A stretch of DNA of 64,000 nucleotides from an uncultured Comamonadaceae bacterium (lineage in GTDB: Bacteria > Pseudomonadota > Gammaproteobacteria > Burkholderiales > Burkholderiaceae_C). Each line of letters starts with the position of its first letter. Position 1 is the stretch's first letter. The notes below the pieces were generated by a model. It saw only the letters and a list, made by a program, of their open reading frames with translations, did no database searches and was not told where the DNA came from. Below are positions 27,132 to 37,202 of this stretch, piece after piece. The DNA is taken from positions 38,164 to 102,163 of the forward strand of contig CAXDTK010000001.1 in the NCBI GenBank assembly GCA_963992225.1. The letters run 5' to 3'. The position numbers and the translations under genes were made by a program.

Positions 27132-29414
27132 ATGTCCCTCGATACCAACATTGTTCCCGCCGCCGATGGCACTCCCGTCCAGGGCGACCTGCTCGAAGCG
27201 GCTGCTTCTCCCCTGGCGATGAGCCTTCAGGATTTCGTTGCCGAATTCGGCGACGAACTGCTGGACTCGCTCAACCGCGCCAACCCTCCCGTCTACACCA
27301 GCCAGGCCCGGCCGCATCGCCAGCTCGTGCTGGCCAGTCTCAAGCGCAAGCTGTTCGGCGCGCAGGCCGAGGTGGTGCATGCCGTCACCGAGCTGCTGGC
27401 CGACCGCGGCGAACGCGCCGCGATCGTCAATGGCGAAATGGGCTGCGGCAAGACCACCGTTGGCATTGCCACGGCGGCCGTGCTGCACGCCGAAGGCTAC
27501 CGCCGCACGCTGGTCCTCTCACCGCCTCACCTGGTCTACAAGTGGCGCCGGGAAATCCAGGAAACCGTGGCCGGCGCGAAGGTCTGGGTGCTCAACGGCC
27601 CAGACACGCTGGTCAAGCTCATCAAGCTGCGCGAGCAGTTGGGCGTGCCGGTGCGCGGCCAGGAGTTCTACGTGCTCGGGCGCGTGCGGATGCGCATGGG
27701 TTTCCACTGGAAGCCCGTCTTCAACGTGCGGCACACGAAGCACGGCGAAGTCGGCGCATGCCCGGATTGCGGCCAGGTCATCACCAACCTCGACGGCGAG
27801 CCAATCAACCCGGTCGAACTCGAAGCTGAGGACTACCGCCGCCGGTGCAGCCATTGCGCCGCACCGCTGTGGACGCTGATGCGACCGCGCAGCCTGTCCG
27901 CCAGCGACCAGTCCACGGCCGTCTTCAAAGCCTTGCAGCGCATCCCGACCATCGGGGAAGTCACCGCGCAGAAGCTGATGAAGAAGTTCGGCGACGGCTT
28001 CCTGGCCTCGATGCTGGGCGACAACATCCACGAGTTCATCAACCTCATGGATGCCAACGGCGAGCTGGTCTTCTCGGACGCCCAAGCGCACCGCATGGAG
28101 CGGGCGATGGCGAACATGGAGTTCGGCTTCGGTGAGGGTGGCTACCAGCCGTCCGAGTTCATCAAGAGGTATTTGCCGCAAGGCACGTTCGACCTGCTCA
28201 TCGCCGACGAGGCGCACGAGTACAAGAACGGCGGTAGCGCCCAGGGCCAGGCCATGGGCGTGCTCGCTGCGAAGGCGCGCAAGACCTTGCTGCTTACCGG
28301 CACGCTGATGGGTGGCTACGGCGACGACCTGTTCCACCTGCTGTTCCGAGCCCTGCCGGGGCGAATGATCGAAGACGGCTACCGCCCGACCAAGAGCGGC
28401 AGCATGACCTCGGCCGCGATGGCGTTCATGCGCGATCACGGGATTCTCAAGGACATCTATTCCGAGAGCACGGGCACGGCGCACAAGACGGCCAAGGGCA
28501 CCAAGGTATCGGTGCGCACGGTCAAGGCGCCGGGCTTCGGCCCGAAGGGCGTGCTACGTTGCGTCCTGCCGTTCACGGTATTTCTCAAGCTCAAGGACAT
28601 CGGCGGCAATGTGCTGCCGTCCTACGACGAGGAGTTCCGCGAGGTGGCGATGGACACGGCGCAAGCCGCGGCCTATCGCGATCTGTCGTTTCGTCTGACC
28701 TCGGCGCTGAAACAGGCGCTGGCCAAGCGCGACACGACGCTGCTCGGCGTGGTCCTCAACGTGCTGCTGGCCTGGCCGGATTGCTGCTTCCGGTCGGAGA
28801 CGGTGGTGCACCCTCGCACGCGCCAGACCTTGGCCTTCGTTCCGGCTCAGTTCAACGAGCTGGAGGTGATGCCCAAGGAGCGCGAGCTGATCGAGATCTG
28901 CAAGCAGGAGAAGGCTGCGGGTCGCAAGACGCTGGTCTACTCGGTCTACACCGGAACGCGCGACACCACGTCGCGTTTGAAGGTGCTGCTGGAGCAGGAG
29001 GGCTTCAAGGTGGCGGTGTTGCGCGCGAGCGTAGACGCCAGCCGTCGCGAAGACTGGATCGCCGAGCAGTTGGACCGTGGCATCGACGTGCTCGTCACGA
29101 ACCCGGAGCTGGTCAAGACGGGTCTCGACCTGTTGGAGTTTCCGACGATCGTGTTCATGCAGTCGGGCTACAACGTCTACAGCCTGCAGCAGGCGGCCCG
29201 GCGCTCATGGCGCATCGGCCAGAAGCTGCCGGTTCGCGTGATCTACCTCGGCTATGCGGCTTCCTCGCAGATGACCTGCCTGGGGCTGATGGCGCGAAAG
29301 ATCATGGTCTCGCAGAGCACGTCGGGAGACGTGCCCGAGTCGGGACTGGATGTGCTGAACCAGGACGGTGATTCCGTCGAGGTGGCACTGGCCCGGCAAC
29401 TCGTCGCGGCCTGA
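27132..29414 (+). CDS. SF2 (DEAD/SNF2-like) helicase of ICE core
   Basis: GEMGCGKTT Walker A, LIADEAHE, LLTGTL, QAARRSWRIGQ. Confidence 0.9.
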   Translation: MSLDTNIVPAADGTPVQGDLLEAAASPLAMSLQDFVAEFGDELLDSLNRANPPVYTSQARPHRQLVLASLKRKLFGAQAEVVHAVTELLADRGERAAIVNGEMGCGKTTVGIATAAVLHAEGYRRTLVLSPPHLVYKWRREIQETVAGAKVWVLNGPDTLVKLIKLREQLGVPVRGQEFYVLGRVRMRMGFHWKPVFNVRHTKHGEVGACPDCGQVITNLDGEPINPVELEAEDYRRRCSHCAAPLWTLMRPRSLSASDQSTAVFKALQRIPTIGEVTAQKLMKKFGDGFLASMLGDNIHEFINLMDANGELVFSDAQAHRMERAMANMEFGFGEGGYQPSEFIKRYLPQGTFDLLIADEAHEYKNGGSAQGQAMGVLAAKARKTLLLTGTLMGGYGDDLFHLLFRALPGRMIEDGYRPTKSGSMTSAAMAFMRDHGILKDIYSESTGTAHKTAKGTKVSVRTVKAPGFGPKGVLRCVLPFTVFLKLKDIGGNVLPSYDEEFREVAMDTAQAAAYRDLSFRLTSALKQALAKRDTTLLGVVLNVLLAWPDCCFRSETVVHPRTRQTLAFVPAQFNELEVMPKERELIEICKQEKAAGRKTLVYSVYTGTRDTTSRLKVLLEQEGFKVAVLRASVDASRREDWIAEQLDRGIDVLVTNPELVKTGLDLLEFPTIVFMQSGYNVYSLQQAARRSWRIGQKLPVRVIYLGYAASSQMTCLGLMARKIMVSQSTSGDVPESGLDVLNQDGDSVEVALARQLVAA

Positions 29415-29428
29415 TCCCACCCACCCAC

Positions 29429-29462
29429 GCCGGCTGCCCTTCGGGGCGCCGGCTTCTTTTTT
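29429..29462 (+). terminator. Rho-independent terminator after helicase
   Basis: GCCGGC..GCCC-TTCG-GGGC-GCCGGC then T-run. Confidence 0.75.
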
Positions 29463-29577
29463 GTTCTGCGCATCGACGGCAGGCCATGAAGTCGGGCGCA
29501 TGCCAGTTCCCTTTGTTTGCTGCCCCAACGCCCTGCGGCGGCGATGGTGAGGGCTCCGTGTTCCAGGGAACTGCCCC

Positions 29578-30180
29578 ATGCAACCACTCACCTGCGTCGT
29601 TCATCGCCTGACTGCGCCTGCCTTGCTGGTTGGCTGCGTGCTCATCACCGGCTGCGCCGCCACGGGCACGGCGAGCACCCCGACTGCCCCTGACTCGATT
29701 CCCGAGCCTGCGGTGTTGGTCAGGACCATCGCCCCGGAGCCCGAGCCGAGCCTGATCCCGGTGGCCCGTTATGGGCGCTACACGCTGGTTGAGATGGTGC
29801 CGGAACCGGCGCAGCGCGACCTGCTGCGGCAGGTGATCGAGATTTCGATTCCGCCGACCTTGGACGCGAGCGTCGGCGATGCCCTGCGGCACGTGCTGCT
29901 GCGCACCGGCTACCGCCTTTGCGATGCGCCGGACGCCGCTTCGCTGTTCACGCTGCCGCTGCCGGCGGCGCACCTGCGGCTCGGGCCACTGCCGCTGCGC
30001 GATGCCTTGCTGGCGCTGGCCGGTCCGGCCTGGGATCTGTCAGTCGATGACGCGGCGCGCGCGGTGTGCTTCGCGCGCCTGACGACTGCGCGTGCGCCGA
30101 GCGCCAGCCCCATTCCTGCGGCTGCCGCATCGAGCGCGCCCGCCGCCGAACCCCACGTGCCCCAGGAGGCCCAGCCATGA
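29578..30180 (+). CDS. pilL: PilL-like lipoprotein (PFGI-1 class)
   Basis: Lipobox LITGC; RYGRYTLV, LPLPAAHLRLGPLPLRDALLALAGPAW. Confidence 0.8.
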   Translation: MQPLTCVVHRLTAPALLVGCVLITGCAATGTASTPTAPDSIPEPAVLVRTIAPEPEPSLIPVARYGRYTLVEMVPEPAQRDLLRQVIEISIPPTLDASVGDALRHVLLRTGYRLCDAPDAASLFTLPLPAAHLRLGPLPLRDALLALAGPAWDLSVDDAARAVCFARLTTARAPSASPIPAAAASSAPAAEPHVPQEAQP

Positions 30181-30821
30181 CCATCCCGCAGCTTCCCGAC
30201 GAGAACGCCGGCCGCGCGCGCTGGTTGAACATCGCAGCGGCCGCGTGGCTGCTGCTCGTGAGCATCCTCGCGGTGGTCAACAGCGTGGGCCTGTCGCGCC
30301 TGAGCGAGCAGAGCCAGGCCAGCGCCCAGGATGCGCACGTGCAGGCGCTCAACACGCGCGTCGCCGAACTCGAACAGCAGGCGGCGGCCTCGAAGAACCA
30401 GCCCAAGCCTGTCACCCAGCCCGACTTCGAGGCCGCGCGCAAGGCGCTGGACGAGCGCCTGACGCAGGTCGAGCAGGCCCAGGCCGCAGACGCCCATACC
30501 GGCGACTTGCAGGCGCTGCAGGCGCGCATGGGCGACCTCGAAGCGCGCATGAAGCGAACCGCCGCGCCTGCCGCGGCACCCCGGCGCACCGCCGAGCCGG
30601 CCAATCCCAAGGTGCCCGAACCGCCGTTCAACGTCGTGGGCGTGGAACTGCGCGGCGGCGAGCGCTTCCTGTCGGTGGCGGCGCCCAAGGCCTCGTCGGT
30701 GCTGGACGTGTGGCTGCTGCGCGAAGGCGATGCCGTAGGCGCGTGGCATCTGCTGGCGATCGAGGCGCGCGCCGCCGTGTTCCGCGTGGACGGCCAGACC
30801 CAGCGCCTTGCGCTGCCATAG
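30177..30821 (+). CDS. ICE T4SS-associated coiled-coil membrane protein
   Basis: N-terminal TM, coiled coil, PPFNVVGVELRGGERFLSV. Confidence 0.7.
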   Translation: MTIPQLPDENAGRARWLNIAAAAWLLLVSILAVVNSVGLSRLSEQSQASAQDAHVQALNTRVAELEQQAAASKNQPKPVTQPDFEAARKALDERLTQVEQAQAADAHTGDLQALQARMGDLEARMKRTAAPAAAPRRTAEPANPKVPEPPFNVVGVELRGGERFLSVAAPKASSVLDVWLLREGDAVGAWHLLAIEARAAVFRVDGQTQRLALP

Positions 30822-30830
30822 GAGCCGGCC

Positions 30831-31553
30831 ATGAAGCACGCCGCGATCTGCTTCGCCGCCATCCTCGCCGCTGTCGCAGGCACGGCCTCGGCGCAGTCGG
30901 CGCCGGTCGCGTCCTCGCGCACCGTTCCCGCCCAGGTGCAGAACAGCAGCGACGCTGCGCTGGACGAGCGCCTGGCACGCGATTGGGGGCTGCGCCCCGA
31001 GGAGTGGGCGCGCTACCGCCAACTGATGCAGGGGCCGCTGGGCATCTATTCCCCGAACCTCGATCCGCTGACGGCGCTGGGCATCGAGGCGCGCAGCGAC
31101 GAGGAACGCAACCGCTATGCAGAGCTGCAGGTGCAGGCGGAATCGAAGCGCGTGGGCAAGACGCTGGCGTACCAGCGGGCCTACGACGCGGCGTGGAAGC
31201 GGCTCTATCCGGGACAGCAGCGCGTGAACATGCCCGGTGCGAAGGTGCCGGGCGCCGGCAACCGGGGCTCGGGCCGGCTGGCGGTTTTCGTGAAGGCCGA
31301 GTGCCCGCCGTGCGAGCAGCGCGTGCGCCAGTTGCAGGCGGCCGGCACCGCCTTCGACCTCTACATGGTCGGCAGCCGCCAGGAGGACGCCCGCATCCGC
31401 CAGTGGGCGACGCAGGCCGGCATCGACGCCGGCCGCGTGCGCTCGCGCACCATCACGCTCAACCATGACGCCGGGCGCTGGCTGTCGCTCGGCCTGCCCG
31501 GCGATCTGCCCGCTGTGGTGCGCGAGGTCAACGGCCAATGGCAGCGGCAGTAA
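30831..31553 (+). CDS. TIGR03759-family ICE protein
   Basis: WGLRPEEWARY, LDPLTALGIEA, CPPC, PAVVREVNGQWQ. Confidence 0.78.
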   Translation: MKHAAICFAAILAAVAGTASAQSAPVASSRTVPAQVQNSSDAALDERLARDWGLRPEEWARYRQLMQGPLGIYSPNLDPLTALGIEARSDEERNRYAELQVQAESKRVGKTLAYQRAYDAAWKRLYPGQQRVNMPGAKVPGAGNRGSGRLAVFVKAECPPCEQRVRQLQAAGTAFDLYMVGSRQEDARIRQWATQAGIDAGRVRSRTITLNHDAGRWLSLGLPGDLPAVVREVNGQWQRQ

Positions 31554-32122
31554 CCCGCCGTGCAGGCTGCGCGGCCTTGGTCCTCGGCCTTTGCGCCCAT
31601 GCCGCCATCGTCTTCGGCCAGGAGGTGCCGCCACCTGCCTACCAGCTCGCCGCTCAGCAGGCGGGCGTGCCGTCGCCGGTGCTGTATGCGGTGGCGCTGC
31701 AGGAGAGCGGCGCCCGGCTGCGCGGCCGGCTGATCCCGTGGCCGTGGACGCTCAACGTCGCCGGCCGCGCCGAACGCTACGCCACGCGGGCCGAGGCCTG
31801 CGCAGGCATCCGCCGGGCGCTCGCCAGCACGCCGGCCAACCGCATCGACGCCGGCCTCGGCCAGGTCAACCTCGGCTACCACGCGCACCGCTACGCGCAT
31901 CCCTGCGAGCTGCTGGACCCGTACCGCAACCTCGCCATCGCCGCGGAAATCCTGCAGGAGCAGCACACGCCGGGCGAGGACTGGCTGGTCGCCATCGGCC
32001 GCTACCACCGCCCCGCGGGCGGCGAGCCGGCCGCCCGCTACCGCCGCAGCGTCCACCAGCACCTGACCCGCGTGCTCGGGCCAGGCGCCTCACTTCCCTC
32101 TGCCCGGAGTCCCATGCCATGA
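31538..32122 (+). CDS. Lytic transglycosylase (SLT)
   Basis: LYAVALQESG, PWPWTLNVAG, IDAGLGQVN, AIGRYH. Confidence 0.88.
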   Translation: MAAAVTRRAGCAALVLGLCAHAAIVFGQEVPPPAYQLAAQQAGVPSPVLYAVALQESGARLRGRLIPWPWTLNVAGRAERYATRAEACAGIRRALASTPANRIDAGLGQVNLGYHAHRYAHPCELLDPYRNLAIAAEILQEQHTPGEDWLVAIGRYHRPAGGEPAARYRRSVHQHLTRVLGPGASLPSARSPMP

Positions 32123-32673
32123 ACCGCATCCTCGTTGCCGCGACTGCGGCGCTGCTGGCCACCACCGCCGACGCGCAGGACCGCAGCCCCTATACCAAGC
32201 CGGCGTCACCGCCGCTGATCGTGGTCGAGGACAAGGGCGGCACCTCGGCGCTGCCGTACTACCGCGCCTTGAACCCGCAAGATGCGCAGCCAGGCCAACC
32301 GGCCATGCCGCAACCAGTACCCCGCATCGGCAATCCTGCCGATGCCGAGGCGGCCATGCTGCCGGTGCGCTCGGCGCGGCTCACCCCGGGCGACGAGCCG
32401 CGTCGCGTGATCCGCGCGCCAGGCCTCACGCCATTGTTCCTGGTCGGCGACGATGACGCCTCGCGCGCATGGCTCAAACAGCGGGGCAAGGATTTGCAGG
32501 CGCTGCGCGCCGTGGGCCTGGTGGTCAACGTGGCGACGCCCGAAGCACTGGCCGCGCTGCGCCGCCTGGCACCTGGTTTGATGCTCTCGCCGGTCTCGGG
32601 AGACGAGCTGGCGCAGCGCTTGGGGCTCAAGCACTACCCGGTGCTGATCACCGCCACGGGCATCGAGCCCTGA
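32119..32673 (+). CDS. PFL_4695/TIGR03765-family ICE protein
   Basis: LIVVEDKGG, PLFLVGDDDASRAWL, LGLKHYPVLIT. Confidence 0.78.
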   Translation: MNRILVAATAALLATTADAQDRSPYTKPASPPLIVVEDKGGTSALPYYRALNPQDAQPGQPAMPQPVPRIGNPADAEAAMLPVRSARLTPGDEPRRVIRAPGLTPLFLVGDDDASRAWLKQRGKDLQALRAVGLVVNVATPEALAALRRLAPGLMLSPVSGDELAQRLGLKHYPVLITATGIEP

Positions 32674-32693
32674 TGTGACGTGAAGCGCCCGCC

Positions 32694-34853
32694 ATGGACC
32701 AGTCCCAAGCCGTCGAAGTCTTGCTGCGGCCAGCGGTGGAGCTATACACCGTCGCGGTCTGTGCGGGCGCCGCGTTTCTATGCCTGGTGGCCCCGTGGTC
32801 GCTCGCGCTGAGCCCTCTACTCGGCCTGGGCAGCGCGCTCGCCTTCATCGCCTTCGGCGCGCTGCGCTTTCACGACGCCTGGGCCATCCTGCGCTACCGG
32901 CGCAACATCCGGCGCCTGCCGCGCTACGTGATGACCAGCCGCGACGTGCCGGTCAGCCAGCAGCGGCTGTTCGTCGGCCGGGGCTTCCGCTGGGACCAGC
33001 GGCACACGCACCGGCTGATGCAGACCTACCGGCCGGAGTTCAGGCGCTACGTCGAACCGGCGGCGATCTACCGAATGGCGCGGCGCATGGAAGAGCGCCT
33101 GGAGTTCGCGCCGTATCCGCTGTCCAAGATGGCAAAGGCCCTGGCCTGGGACAGTCCGCTGAACCCGGCGCGGCCGCTGCCGCCGGTGGGGGGCCTGCCG
33201 CGGCTGCACGGCATTGAGCCGCACGAGGTCGACGTCACCCTGCCGTTGGCCGAGCGCGTCGGCCACAGCCTGGTGTTAGGCACCACGCGCGTCGGCAAGA
33301 CCCGCCTGGCCGAGCTGTTCATCACGCAGGACATCCGGCGCAAGGTCAATGGGCAGCACGAGGTCGTGATCGTCTTCGACCCCAAGGGCGACGCGGACCT
33401 GTTGAAGCGCATGTACGTGGAGGCCAAGCGCGCCGGACGCGAAGGCGAGTTCTATGTCTTCCACCTAGGCTGGCCGGACATCTCCGCACGCTACAACGCG
33501 GTGGGACGCTTCGGCCGCATCAGCGAAGTCGCCACGCGCATCGCGGGCCAGCTCTCCGGTGAAGGCAACAGCGCGGCTTTCCGCGAGTTCGCCTGGCGCT
33601 TCGTCAACATCATCGCGCGGGCTTTGGTGGAGTTGGGACAGCGGCCCGACTACCTGCTGATCCAGCGCCACGTCATCAACATCGATGCGCTGTTCATCGA
33701 GTATGCCCAGCACTACTTCGCACGGGAAGAGCCGAAAGCCTGGGAGGTCATCGTCCAGCTCGAAGCCAAGCTGAACGACAAGAACATCCCGCGCAACATG
33801 ATCGGCCGCGAGAAGCGCGTCGTCGCGCTGGAGCAGTACCTCTCGCAGGTACGCATCTACGACCCGGTGCTCGACGGCCTGCGCAGCGCTGTGCGCTACG
33901 ACCGAACCTACTTCGACAAGATCGTCGCGTCGCTGCTGCCGCTGCTGGAAAAGCTCACCACCGGCAAGATCGCGCAGTTGCTCGCGCCGAACTATTCGGA
34001 CCTCTCCGACCCGCGACCGATCTTCGACTGGATGCAGATCATCCGAAAGCGGGCCGTGGTCTACGTCGGGCTGGATGCGCTGTCGGACGCGGAAGTCGCG
34101 GCGGCGGTCGGCAACTCGATGTTCAGCGATCTCGTCTCGGTCGCCGGGCACATCTACAAGTTCGGCATCGACGACGGCCTGCCGGGCGCTGCGACCGGCG
34201 TGAAAGTGCCGATCAACGTGCACGCCGACGAGTTCAACGAACTCATGGGCGACGAGTTCATCCCGATGGTCAACAAGGGCGGCGGCGCAGGCGTGCAGGT
34301 CACGGCATACACGCAGACCCTCTCGGACATCGAGGCGCGCATCGGCAACCGTGCGAAGGCGGGTCAGGTGGTGGGCAACTTCAACAACCTGTTCATGCTG
34401 CGCGTGCGCGAGACCGCCACGGCCGAGCTGCTGACGCGGCAACTGCCCAAGGTCGAGGTCTACACGACGACGGTGATGAGCGGTGCCACCGACAGCTCCG
34501 ATCCGACCGGCAACACCGCTTTCACGTCCAACACGCAGGACCGCATCAGCAGCAACAGCGTGCCGCTGATCGAGCCCGCGCACGTCGTCAGCCTGCCCAA
34601 GGGCCAAGCCTTCGCGCTGATCGAAGGCGGTCACCTGTGGAAGGTGCGTATGCCTTTGCCGGCACCGGACCCCGACGAGGCCATGCCCAAGGATCTGCAG
34701 GAGCTGGCCGGCTACATGCGCCAGCACTACGTCGAGGCCGGCGACTGGTGGGACAACAAGGGGCTTCCCGGCCTGCAGGACCAGGCGCTGCCCGACGATC
34801 TGCTCGCCGACTTCAAGCAGATGGCGAGCGCGGATGAAGGGGCCACGGCATGA
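32694..34853 (+). CDS. traD: Type IV coupling protein, PFGI-1 class
   Basis: N-terminal TMs, LGTTRVGKT Walker A, FDPKGD, HADEFNEL. Confidence 0.9.
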   Translation: MDQSQAVEVLLRPAVELYTVAVCAGAAFLCLVAPWSLALSPLLGLGSALAFIAFGALRFHDAWAILRYRRNIRRLPRYVMTSRDVPVSQQRLFVGRGFRWDQRHTHRLMQTYRPEFRRYVEPAAIYRMARRMEERLEFAPYPLSKMAKALAWDSPLNPARPLPPVGGLPRLHGIEPHEVDVTLPLAERVGHSLVLGTTRVGKTRLAELFITQDIRRKVNGQHEVVIVFDPKGDADLLKRMYVEAKRAGREGEFYVFHLGWPDISARYNAVGRFGRISEVATRIAGQLSGEGNSAAFREFAWRFVNIIARALVELGQRPDYLLIQRHVINIDALFIEYAQHYFAREEPKAWEVIVQLEAKLNDKNIPRNMIGREKRVVALEQYLSQVRIYDPVLDGLRSAVRYDRTYFDKIVASLLPLLEKLTTGKIAQLLAPNYSDLSDPRPIFDWMQIIRKRAVVYVGLDALSDAEVAAAVGNSMFSDLVSVAGHIYKFGIDDGLPGAATGVKVPINVHADEFNELMGDEFIPMVNKGGGAGVQVTAYTQTLSDIEARIGNRAKAGQVVGNFNNLFMLRVRETATAELLTRQLPKVEVYTTTVMSGATDSSDPTGNTAFTSNTQDRISSNSVPLIEPAHVVSLPKGQAFALIEGGHLWKVRMPLPAPDPDEAMPKDLQELAGYMRQHYVEAGDWWDNKGLPGLQDQALPDDLLADFKQMASADEGATA

Positions 34854-35599
34854 GCGACCCCGCCGTCGCCGTCCAGCGCCAGCAGGTTCGCCAGCAGGGC
34901 CTGATCGCGGGCCTCATCACGCTGCCGTTCCGGCTGTTCGGGGTGTTGGCCGGTTCGCTGGTGCTGTGCATCGCGATCGAGTGCATCGGCATGCACTTCT
35001 TCTGGCCCGAGCAGGGCTGGCGCCACGCGCAGGGCATGCTGGACTACGAGTTGTCGCAGGTCTCGGAGCATTTCACGCAAAGCGTGCTGGTGCAGGAACC
35101 GGGGCGCAGTGCACGCCAGCTCGTCGAGTGGGCCTACCAAGGGCTGTTCGTGAAGACGGGCCTGCTGGACTGGATACGCGACGCGGCGGCGCAATCACGC
35201 GCCGGTGCGCACAGCCAGGTACAGGACTTCCGCCACTACATCAGTCAGCTCTACGTGCACGTGGAGAGCTACCTGATCGCCTCGGCCTACACGGTGCTGG
35301 TGTTCCTCGTGCGGCTGCTGGTGCTGGTCCTGACCCTGCCGCTGTTCCTGATGGCGGCCTTCACCGGCCTGGTGGATGGCCTTGTGCGCCGCGACGTGCG
35401 CGGCTTCGGCGCCGGGCGCGAATCGGGCTTCGTCTACCACCGGGCGAGAGCCAGCCTGATGCCGCTGGCGGTGCTGCCCTGGGTCACTTACCTGGCGTTG
35501 CCGGTCAGCGTGCATCCGCTGCTGATTCTGCTGCCCAGCGCGGCGCTGCTGGGCGTAGCGGTGTGCATCGCGTCGGCGACGTTCAAGAAGTACCTGTAG
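34850..35599 (+). CDS. TIGR03747-family ICE membrane protein
   Basis: Multiple TMs; DGLVRRDVRGFGAGRESGFVYH. Confidence 0.8.
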   Translation: MSDPAVAVQRQQVRQQGLIAGLITLPFRLFGVLAGSLVLCIAIECIGMHFFWPEQGWRHAQGMLDYELSQVSEHFTQSVLVQEPGRSARQLVEWAYQGLFVKTGLLDWIRDAAAQSRAGAHSQVQDFRHYISQLYVHVESYLIASAYTVLVFLVRLLVLVLTLPLFLMAAFTGLVDGLVRRDVRGFGAGRESGFVYHRARASLMPLAVLPWVTYLALPVSVHPLLILLPSAALLGVAVCIASATFKKYL

Positions 35600-35712
35600 C
35601 CGCATCGGCCGCCGCCGCGGAAAGCGGTGGCGGGCCGGTTCCGATTGATTGCGGCGCTGGAAGACCGGCCGTTTGAGCATCGAGCCATCCGCATCCCTCG
35701 GAGAACGGCTCG

Positions 35713-36120
35713 ATGGAAACCACTCGCAATCCCGCGCAGGTTCGGCGTTTCGCCGTCGCGGCACCCTGGGCCGTGCGTCTTGCCGCGCTGCTGCTTGCCG
35801 CTGCCGGATTGCAGCCCGCCATCGCGGCCGATGCCTCCGACAACGCCGCGGAGCGCGAGATGCTCGCCGCGGTGACGCACCAGCTCGACCTGCTGGACCG
35901 TCTCGCCGAGCGTGCCGCAGCCACCGCGCCGCAGGAGCGCGCCCGCTACCACTTCGACTACGTGCGGCTGCGCGCCGACCTGGAGCGTGTGCGCACCGGC
36001 GTGCGCGACTACCTCGTTCCGCAACGCGCCCAGCCGCGTGATCCCGTGCCGCTGGCCGGCGGCTACACGCGCAGCAACGCGGCGCCTGCGACGCCGGCCA
36101 AGGAGGCGCCGTCGCCATGA
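35713..36120 (+). CDS. RAQPRD-family ICE protein
   Basis: Literal RAQPRD motif; RYHFDYVRL. Confidence 0.85.
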   Translation: METTRNPAQVRRFAVAAPWAVRLAALLLAAAGLQPAIAADASDNAAEREMLAAVTHQLDLLDRLAERAAATAPQERARYHFDYVRLRADLERVRTGVRDYLVPQRAQPRDPVPLAGGYTRSNAAPATPAKEAPSP

Positions 36121-36356
36121 CGCCTTCCGCCGATCAGGTCGCCGCCTTCACGGCCAACAGCGGCTTCGCGCCCGGGGCCGTCTCCACCGTCGTGCTCGGT
36201 TTCGTCTTCGCCGTCCTGCTGCTGTGGGGCGTGTGGGCGATGCGCACCGCCTATGTCGGCTGGGCCGAGCACCACCTGACCCAACGCCAGTTCCTCGGCG
36301 TCATCGTGCGCTTCATCGCGATGTACCTGGTGCTGGGCTTTTTCCTCCTGTCCTGA
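36117..36356 (+). CDS. TIGR03758-family small membrane protein
   Basis: QVAAFTANSGF then two TMs; synteny. Confidence 0.72.
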   Translation: MTPSADQVAAFTANSGFAPGAVSTVVLGFVFAVLLLWGVWAMRTAYVGWAEHHLTQRQFLGVIVRFIAMYLVLGFFLLS

Positions 36357-36377
36357 CCCCATGAAAGGTACTTCGCC

Positions 36378-36761
36378 ATGAACGCTCCCGCTACTTCTCC
36401 CCGTCTCACTTCGCTGCCTTTGCGGCCTTCGCGCATCGCCGCGCTGCTGATTCCGCTGGGCATCGCCGCCACGCCGCTGCCGTCGTTCGCCGACCTTCCC
36501 ACGCTGGAAGACCCGTCGCGCGGCACCGGCAGCGGCATCATGCAGACGCTGCAAAACTACGGCTACGACATCGTGCTGCTGATCGCGCTGCTCGTCGTCG
36601 CCTCGATGTTCGTCGGTGTCTGCTACCACGCCTACACCCGCTACGCCGAGATCCACACCGGCCGCGCGACCTGGGGCCAGTTCGGCCTGACGGTGGCGGT
36701 GGGCGCGATCCTGCTGGTCGTCGGCATCTGGCTGCTGACCAAGGCCACCGGCGTCCTGTAA
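36378..36761 (+). CDS. TIGR03745-family membrane protein (pilin-like)
   Basis: Signal peptide, ADLPTLEDPSRG, two TMs. Confidence 0.75.
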   Translation: MNAPATSPRLTSLPLRPSRIAALLIPLGIAATPLPSFADLPTLEDPSRGTGSGIMQTLQNYGYDIVLLIALLVVASMFVGVCYHAYTRYAEIHTGRATWGQFGLTVAVGAILLVVGIWLLTKATGVL

Positions 36762-36773
36762 GGCCCGGCAACG

Positions 36774-37202
36774 ATGGCCGGCGCCCTGGAGAGTCCGTCA
36801 CGCGACGGGCTCGTGACCTTCCTGCCGCACCGCCTCAACCGCCACCCGGTGGTCGTGCGCGGGCTCACGGCCGACGAGCTGTGGGTCTGCGCCGGCCTGT
36901 CCGGCGCGGCCGGTCTCGTGGCCGGCGTGCCGCTGGCCTGGCTGACGCGCAGCATCGCGATGGTGCCCACGCTGATCGTCGCCGGCATCGGCATCGGTGT
37001 CTTCGTGGGCGGCGGCCTGCTGCGGCGGTGGAAGCGTGGCCGGCCCGACACCTGGCTGTACCGCCAGCTCCAGTGGCGCCTCGCGCTGCGCTACCCCGCG
37101 CTGGCTGCGCATGCGGGTGGGGGCCAGCTCATCACCCGGTCGGGCTGGTGGTCCACGCGGCGCCTGCGGCCCGATCCGTCCCTGCGTCGAGGTAGACCAT
37201 GA
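36774..37202 (+). CDS. TIGR03750-family conjugal transfer protein
   Basis: FLPHRLNRHPVVVRGLTADE, KRGRPDTWLYR. Confidence 0.78.
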   Translation: MAGALESPSRDGLVTFLPHRLNRHPVVVRGLTADELWVCAGLSGAAGLVAGVPLAWLTRSIAMVPTLIVAGIGIGVFVGGGLLRRWKRGRPDTWLYRQLQWRLALRYPALAAHAGGGQLITRSGWWSTRRLRPDPSLRRGRP

